Source: Desulfobulbus propionicus DSM 2032 (GTDB lineage Bacteria > Desulfobacterota > Desulfobulbia > Desulfobulbales > Desulfobulbaceae). From it: 32,000 bases of DNA. Made by a program: the position numbers and the translations under genes. Positions 27,481-32,000 of the stretch are shown one piece after another; the stretch's first letter is position 1, and the number at the start of each line of letters is the position of its first letter. The notes under the pieces are model-generated. The model did no database searches. It saw only the letters and a program-made list of their open reading frames with translations, and was not told where the DNA came from. Where the stretch lies: NCBI RefSeq assembly GCF_000186885.1, contig NC_014972.1, positions 960,001 to 992,000 of the forward strand, written 5' to 3'.

Positions 27481-28805
27481 ACGATCCGGCGAACCTGATT
27501 ATCACCGGCCAGTACCTGTTGACCATGGACCGCGGCCAAACCGTGATCGAGGAGGGCGGGCTGGCCATCGCAGGCGACACCATCCAGGCGGTGGGCAGGG
27601 CGGAAGACCTTGTGGCCCGTTTCCCGAACGCCCAAGTCATGGCCGAGCCCCATGGGTTGATCATGCCCGGGCTAGTCAATGTCCATACCCACGCGGCCAT
27701 GTCCCTGTTCCGCGGCCTGGCCGACGATCTGCCGCTGATGCAGTGGCTGCAGGACTACATCTTTCCCCTTGAGGCCACCCTCACCGGCGACGTGGTTTAT
27801 CAGGGCACCCTGCTTTCCCTCTGCGAGATGATCCGCTCCGGCACCACCTCGTTCTGCGACATGTACCTCTTTGCCGGCGACGTGGCCCGGGCAGCCGCCG
27901 AGGCCGGCATGCGGGCCTGGGTCGGCGAGGTGCTCTACGATTTCCCCTCGCCCAACTACGGGGGGTTGGAAAACGGTTTCGCCTACGTTCGGGAGCTCCT
28001 TGGCCGCTACCGGCACCATCCGCTGGTGAGCATCACCGTCGACCCGCACGCGGTCTACACCTGTTCGCCCGAACTGCTCACCCGGCTGGGGGCGCTGGCC
28101 AGGGACGAGGGGGCACTGTATGTGATCCATCTGGCGGAAAACGAGGAGGAGGTACGCACCTGCCGCGAGCGGTACGGCCGTTCGCCGGTGGACCATCTCG
28201 AATCCCTGGGGCTGCTGCATCCCCAGGTGGTGGCCGATCACTGCGTCATGCTCACCCCGACCGAGATCGCCCTGTTGGCCGAGCGCGGGGTCAAGGTGGC
28301 CCACTGCCCGGAATCGAACTTGAAACTGGCCTCGGGCATCGCCCCGGTGGTCGACCTGTTGGCGGCGGGCATTGCCGTGGGCCTGGGCACCGATGGCAGC
28401 GCCTCCAATAACGATGTTGATCTGTTCGGCGAGATGAACACCGCCGCCAAGATTCATAAGGTCGATCGCATGGACCCGACCGTGATGAGCGCCGCCACCA
28501 CCTTGCACGCCGCCACCCTGGGCGGGGCCCGGGTGCTCGGCGCCGAGCACCTGATCGGCAGTCTGGAGCCCGGCAAGAAGGCCGACTGCATCGTGCTCGA
28601 TCTCGACCAGCCGCATCTGACCCCGATGTACAACCCGATCTCCCATCTGGTCTACGCCGCGCGCGGCGCCGATGTGATCCATTCGGTGATCAATGGCCAA
28701 GTGGTGATGCGGGACCGCAGGCTGCTGACCCTTGACGAGGCCGCGATCCTCGCCCGGGCCGCCGAGATCGGGGCCGGTTTCCGCCGGGGCCGCAATGGCG
28801 GTTGA
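27477..28805 (+). CDS. mtaD: Amidohydrolase, 5'-methylthioadenosine/S-adenosylhomocysteine deaminase family
   Basis: LIMPGLVNVHTHAAMSLFRGLADDLPLMQWLQDYIFPLE, HLAENEEEV, LGTDGSASNNDVDLFGEM. Start ATG overlaps the PNP stop as ATGA. Confidence 0.88.
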   Translation: MNDPANLIITGQYLLTMDRGQTVIEEGGLAIAGDTIQAVGRAEDLVARFPNAQVMAEPHGLIMPGLVNVHTHAAMSLFRGLADDLPLMQWLQDYIFPLEATLTGDVVYQGTLLSLCEMIRSGTTSFCDMYLFAGDVARAAAEAGMRAWVGEVLYDFPSPNYGGLENGFAYVRELLGRYRHHPLVSITVDPHAVYTCSPELLTRLGALARDEGALYVIHLAENEEEVRTCRERYGRSPVDHLESLGLLHPQVVADHCVMLTPTEIALLAERGVKVAHCPESNLKLASGIAPVVDLLAAGIAVGLGTDGSASNNDVDLFGEMNTAAKIHKVDRMDPTVMSAATTLHAATLGGARVLGAEHLIGSLEPGKKADCIVLDLDQPHLTPMYNPISHLVYAARGADVIHSVINGQVVMRDRRLLTLDEAAILARAAEIGAGFRRGRNGG

Positions 28806-28877
28806 CAGGGGATTGTTCCCGGTGCTATTATCGGTTTCTTTCGTTCTTTTTACGTCAATTCTTCACGAGGTGTCACC

Positions 28878-29060
28878 ATGTTCGGACTCGGAATGCCTGA
28901 ACTGATCATTATCCTGGTTATCATCGTCATCATCTTTGGCGCCGGCAAACTGCCGGAAATCGGCAGCGGCATCGGCAAGGGCATCCGTAACTTCAAGGAG
29001 GCGACCAAAAAGGATGACGAACCCAAAACACTGGACGACGACAAAAACAAGGAGGCGTGA
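28878..29060 (+). CDS. tatA: Twin-arginine translocase TatA/E family subunit (first of tandem pair)
   Basis: 60 aa [42 protein letters not shown]. Confidence 0.92.
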   Translation: MFGLGMPELIIILVIIVIIFGAGKLPEIGSGIGKGIRNFKEATKKDDEPKTLDDDKNKEA

Positions 29061-29102
29061 ACCGTCCCCTTTTTCGTCCCTTCCTTCCACCTGGTATGTG
29101 CA

Positions 29103-29351
29103 ATGTTTGGACTTGGAACCCCTGAACTGATCATCATTCTCCTGATCGCCTTCCTCATCTTCGGCAGCAAAAAACTGCCGGAAATCGGCGCCGGGCTCGG
29201 CAAGGCCATTGGCTCCTTCAAGAAGGGACTCGGCGAAGTCGAGGAGGCCGGCGACAGCCTCAAGAAAAATTTGCCGGTGGTCAAGGAGATCACCGACGTC
29301 AAGGAAACCATCGACAAGGCCAAGGGCATCACCAACGTCCTTGGCAAATAA
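29103..29351 (+). CDS. Twin-arginine translocase TatA/E family subunit (second of tandem pair)
   Basis: 82 aa MFGLGTPELIIILLIAFLIFGSKKLPEIGAGLGKAIGSFKKG with a longer amphipathic/charged C-terminus. Confidence 0.88.
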   Translation: MFGLGTPELIIILLIAFLIFGSKKLPEIGAGLGKAIGSFKKGLGEVEEAGDSLKKNLPVVKEITDVKETIDKAKGITNVLGK

Positions 29352-29514
29352 CCTCCCCCGCCTCCGTTCCTTTTCCCCCTCGGCATCCCCGAATCGGCAC
29401 TGCGCCGGCCCACCTCTTCGCCGAGGGGTCCTTTGCTCTTGACAACCATTTTCCTTTTCTGTAAAAACTTTTCCCTGCAACCCTTGTCAATTTTGTGATC
29501 CGTTTATTACAAAG

Positions 29515-29524
29515 TTGTTAACAA
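29515..29524. promoter_or_regulatory. Palindromic operator/promoter candidate upstream of the glutamate synthase genes
   Basis: TTGTTAACAA perfect palindrome in the AT-rich leader (TTATTACAAAGTTGTTAACAAGTGTACAAAAATGTAAC), less than 80 bp upstream of the ATG at 29593. Confidence 0.3.
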
Positions 29525-29592
29525 GTGTACAAAAATGTAACTTTTGTCACGGTTGCCTCTGTTCGTCCACGATCGATTATCAGGAGCCGTTC

Positions 29593-30735
29593 ATGTGCCG
29601 ACTAGCCCTTAAAAGCGCAGATACACCCTTTTCGCCCTATGATGTCCTCACCGCCATGGAGGCCATGCAGGAAGGTTACGACGGCAGCGGGCTTGGCCTG
29701 CTGCTGCGCGGAGTGGAATTCGAGGATTTCAAACTCAAGCCCCACCATGTGGTCCTTTCCGGCATCGCCCACACCGAGGCGGCCTTCCATCGTCTGACCG
29801 ACTGGATGGGCGGTCAGGGGTTCCAGGTCAAATACGTCCATGAGTTCGAGCGACGGCCGGGGCTGATCGAAGCCAAGGACCGGTTCAACTACATGGTGCG
29901 CGCCTACAAAATGCCGGACGCCTGGGCCGGCTTAACCCCGGAGCAGATCGACGATAAATTGCTGGAGATCCGGTTGGCCATCCGCCGTGACGGCGACGCC
30001 CACGGCGGCGACATCACCATCTTTTCCCTGTACCGCGACGTGGTGATGCTCAAGGAGGTTGGCTGGCCGCTGGAGGTTGGTGACGCCCTGGGGCTGTCGG
30101 ATGGCCGACTCAGGGCGCGGGTGGTCATGGCCCAGGGCCGGCAGAACACCAACTACGGCATCAACCTCTATGCCTGCCACCCGTTTTTCATCCAGGGCAT
30201 CGCCACCATGACCAATGGCGAGAACACCGCCTTCGTGCCGATCAAGGAGTGGCTCCTGGGCAAGAACATCCCCGGCTACATCGGCTACCATTCCGATTCC
30301 GAGACCTTCACCCACATCCTCCATTACATCACCAAGAAGTTGAAGCTGCCGCTGGAACTCTACAAGCACGTCATCACCCCGCTCAAAACCGAGGAGCTGG
30401 ACGTGCATCCCAACGGCGATTTCCTCAAAGGGTTGCGTACCGCCTGCCGCCGTCTGATCATCGACGGACCCAACGCGGTCATCGCCACCCTCCCGGATGA
30501 AACCTGCATGCTGGTGATGGATCAGAAGAAGATGCGACCGGCCACGGTCGGCGGCCGTCCCGGCGCCTGGGCCATTGCCTCCGAGATGTGCGGGGTCGAC
30601 GCCATGGTTCCGGACCGTGACCCGGCCCTTGATTTTCAGCCCATGCGGCAGCACACCGTCATTATTCCACCCGAGCGAAAGGAACTCACAATATGGTCTC
30701 AGTTCGATCAATTTACACTTCCCCAAGCAGCCTGA
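29593..30735 (+). CDS. Glutamate synthase glutamine-amidotransferase-type subunit (class II amidotransferase domain)
   Basis: MCRLALKS...LTAMEAMQEGYDGSGLGLLLRG with the N-terminal Cys nucleophile; NTNYGINLYACHPFFIQGIATMTNGENTAF. Directly followed by a synthase-domain gene. Confidence 0.82.
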   Translation: MCRLALKSADTPFSPYDVLTAMEAMQEGYDGSGLGLLLRGVEFEDFKLKPHHVVLSGIAHTEAAFHRLTDWMGGQGFQVKYVHEFERRPGLIEAKDRFNYMVRAYKMPDAWAGLTPEQIDDKLLEIRLAIRRDGDAHGGDITIFSLYRDVVMLKEVGWPLEVGDALGLSDGRLRARVVMAQGRQNTNYGINLYACHPFFIQGIATMTNGENTAFVPIKEWLLGKNIPGYIGYHSDSETFTHILHYITKKLKLPLELYKHVITPLKTEELDVHPNGDFLKGLRTACRRLIIDGPNAVIATLPDETCMLVMDQKKMRPATVGGRPGAWAIASEMCGVDAMVPDRDPALDFQPMRQHTVIIPPERKELTIWSQFDQFTLPQAA

Positions 30736-32000
30736 GTTATCACGACCTCCCCTGGATCATCGAGCACCGGGAGGATCGCTGCACGCTCTGTGGCCGCTGT
30801 ACCGCGGCCTGCCCGGTGGGCGCCATCTCGCTGTCCCATTTCCGCCAGCGGGTGCCCAAGCTCGATGTGCTGCAGAAGAGGCGGGGCAGCGACTACCGCC
30901 ACTTCACCGGCATCCGCCAGAGCACGGACATCGCCAAGCGGTGCATCGGCTGCGGCATGTGCGCCTCGGTGTGTCCGAACGAGGCCATCGGCCCGCACGC
31001 CAACGACAACGAGCACCGGTCGGTCTTCCTCCTCAACCAGAAGGGCGAGGCCTACAAGCGCGGCGGCCGGCGTAACGTCCCCGGCCGGACCGTGCTCGAC
31101 CGCATCTCGTTCGGCCGTATTTCCATGCTCACCGATCCGGCGCTCGATGCCGGCCGCCACGAGTTCAACATCAATACCATCCTTGGCCGGGTGCTGCCGC
31201 CGGAGGAGTTTCTCCGCCGCAAGCTGGCCGGCGAGTGGATTCCGCCCACCCGCGAGATCTTCCCGTTCGTCATCGGCTCGATGTCGTTCGGTGCCCTGTC
31301 GCCCAACATGTGGCTCGGCCTGTTGCAGGGCGTGGCCTACTGCAACGAGGTGCTGGGCATTCCGGTGGTCATGGCCACCGGCGAGGGCGGCTGTCCGCCC
31401 TGGGTGCTGAAGAGCCCGTTTTTGAAATACATCATCTTGCAGATTGCCTCCGGCTACTTCGGCTGGGACGAGATCATCCGCGCCATTCCGGAGATGCAGT
31501 GCGATCCGGCGGCTATCGAGATCAAGTACGGCCAGGGCGCCAAGCCCGGCGATGGCGGTCTGCTGATGTGGTTCAAAGTCAGCAAGCTAATCGCCCGGCT
31601 GCGCGGCGTGCCCGAGGGAGTCGATCTGCCCTCGCCGCCGGTGCATCAGACGCTCTACTCCATCGAGGAGAGCGTCATGAAGATGATCCAGACCATGTCC
31701 ATGGCCTTCGGCTTCCGGGTGCCGGTCTATCCCAAGATCTCCGGTTCAACCTCGGCCAAGTCGGTGCTCAACAACCTGGTGCGCAACCCCTATGCCGGCG
31801 GTCTGTTGATCGACGGCATCGACGGCGGCACCGGCGCGGCCTACAACGTCAGCATGGACGCCACCGGCCACCCGATCGCCTCCAACCTGCGCGAATGCTA
31901 TCTCGATCTGGTCCGCCAGGGGCGGCAAAACGAGATTCCGTTGTTCGCCGCCGGCGGCATCGGCAAGAACGGCAACGTCGCCCAGAACGGCATGGCCCTG
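30693..32000 (+). CDS. Glutamate synthase, archaeal-type FMN/4Fe-4S synthase subunit (partial, continues past the window)
   Basis: ATG at 30693 after an AAAGGA SD; translation MVSVRSIYTSPSSLSYHDLPWIIEHREDRCTLCGRCTAACPVGAISL...KRCIGCGMCASVCPNEAIG...FPFVIGSMSFGALSPN...KPGDGGLL...KISGSTSAKSVLNNL...IDGIDGGTGAA. It is absent from the ORF track because it has no stop before 32000. Confidence 0.88.
   Translation, partial: MVSVRSIYTSPSSLSYHDLPWIIEHREDRCTLCGRCTAACPVGAISLSHFRQRVPKLDVLQKRRGSDYRHFTGIRQSTDIAKRCIGCGMCASVCPNEAIGPHANDNEHRSVFLLNQKGEAYKRGGRRNVPGRTVLDRISFGRISMLTDPALDAGRHEFNINTILGRVLPPEEFLRRKLAGEWIPPTREIFPFVIGSMSFGALSPNMWLGLLQGVAYCNEVLGIPVVMATGEGGCPPWVLKSPFLKYIILQIASGYFGWDEIIRAIPEMQCDPAAIEIKYGQGAKPGDGGLLMWFKVSKLIARLRGVPEGVDLPSPPVHQTLYSIEESVMKMIQTMSMAFGFRVPVYPKISGSTSAKSVLNNLVRNPYAGGLLIDGIDGGTGAAYNVSMDATGHPIASNLRECYLDLVRQGRQNEIPLFAAGGIGKNGNVAQNGMAL

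Noticed and set aside
1-32000. Numerous antisense and alternate-frame ORFs in the track (e.g. 20812-22653 -, 23143-25167 -, 26116-27456 -, 14711-15739 -, 10162-11484 +)
   Set aside because: They are shadow frames opposite or inside confidently identified genes (topB, gpmI, thrC/PNP, PBP, SDR/LysM). They are rich in Gly/His/Gln/Arg low-complexity composition and show no domain motifs, as expected in GC-rich DNA.
1-32000. CRISPR array or cas genes near the Card1-like nuclease
   Set aside because: No regularly spaced direct repeats and no cas-type protein motifs were seen by eye anywhere in the window.

Overview
The window is a high-GC chromosomal segment. It looks like a deltaproteobacterial/Desulfobulbales-type sulfate reducer, but that is inferred from gene content only. 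Most of it is core metabolism and cell-envelope genes. Left to right: an MrpD/NuoL-like antiporter subunit with nuoM and nuoN; glyA (-); a gamma-glutamylcyclotransferase-like gene; a YhbY RNA-binding protein (-); a TraB-family protein (-); an SDR/epimerase (-); a LysM-containing MltD-like lytic transglycosylase (-); a class A PBP with an enlarged transpeptidase region, followed by a TPR-like lipoprotein; a zinc-ribbon plus PD-(D/E)XK nuclease-like gene (-) that stands alone in AT-rich DNA; an alpha/beta hydrolase; topB; rsfS; gpmI; thrC; a purine nucleoside phosphorylase; an MtaD-like amidohydrolase; two tandem tatA-like genes; and a split, archaeal-type glutamate synthase running off the right edge. 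The two best candidates for something undescribed are (1) the lone reverse-strand gene at 18660-19673, with an N-terminal CxxC...CxxC ribbon and a C-terminal Card1/DUF1887-like E...D...ExK nuclease core, and (2) a 700-bp intergenic region near 6195-6530 that has cobalamin-riboswitch-like sequence blocks interrupted by a long complementary stem. The PBP/lipoprotein pair is a testable candidate for an LpoA-like activator system. I found no CRISPR array, tRNA, rRNA or intact mobile element.
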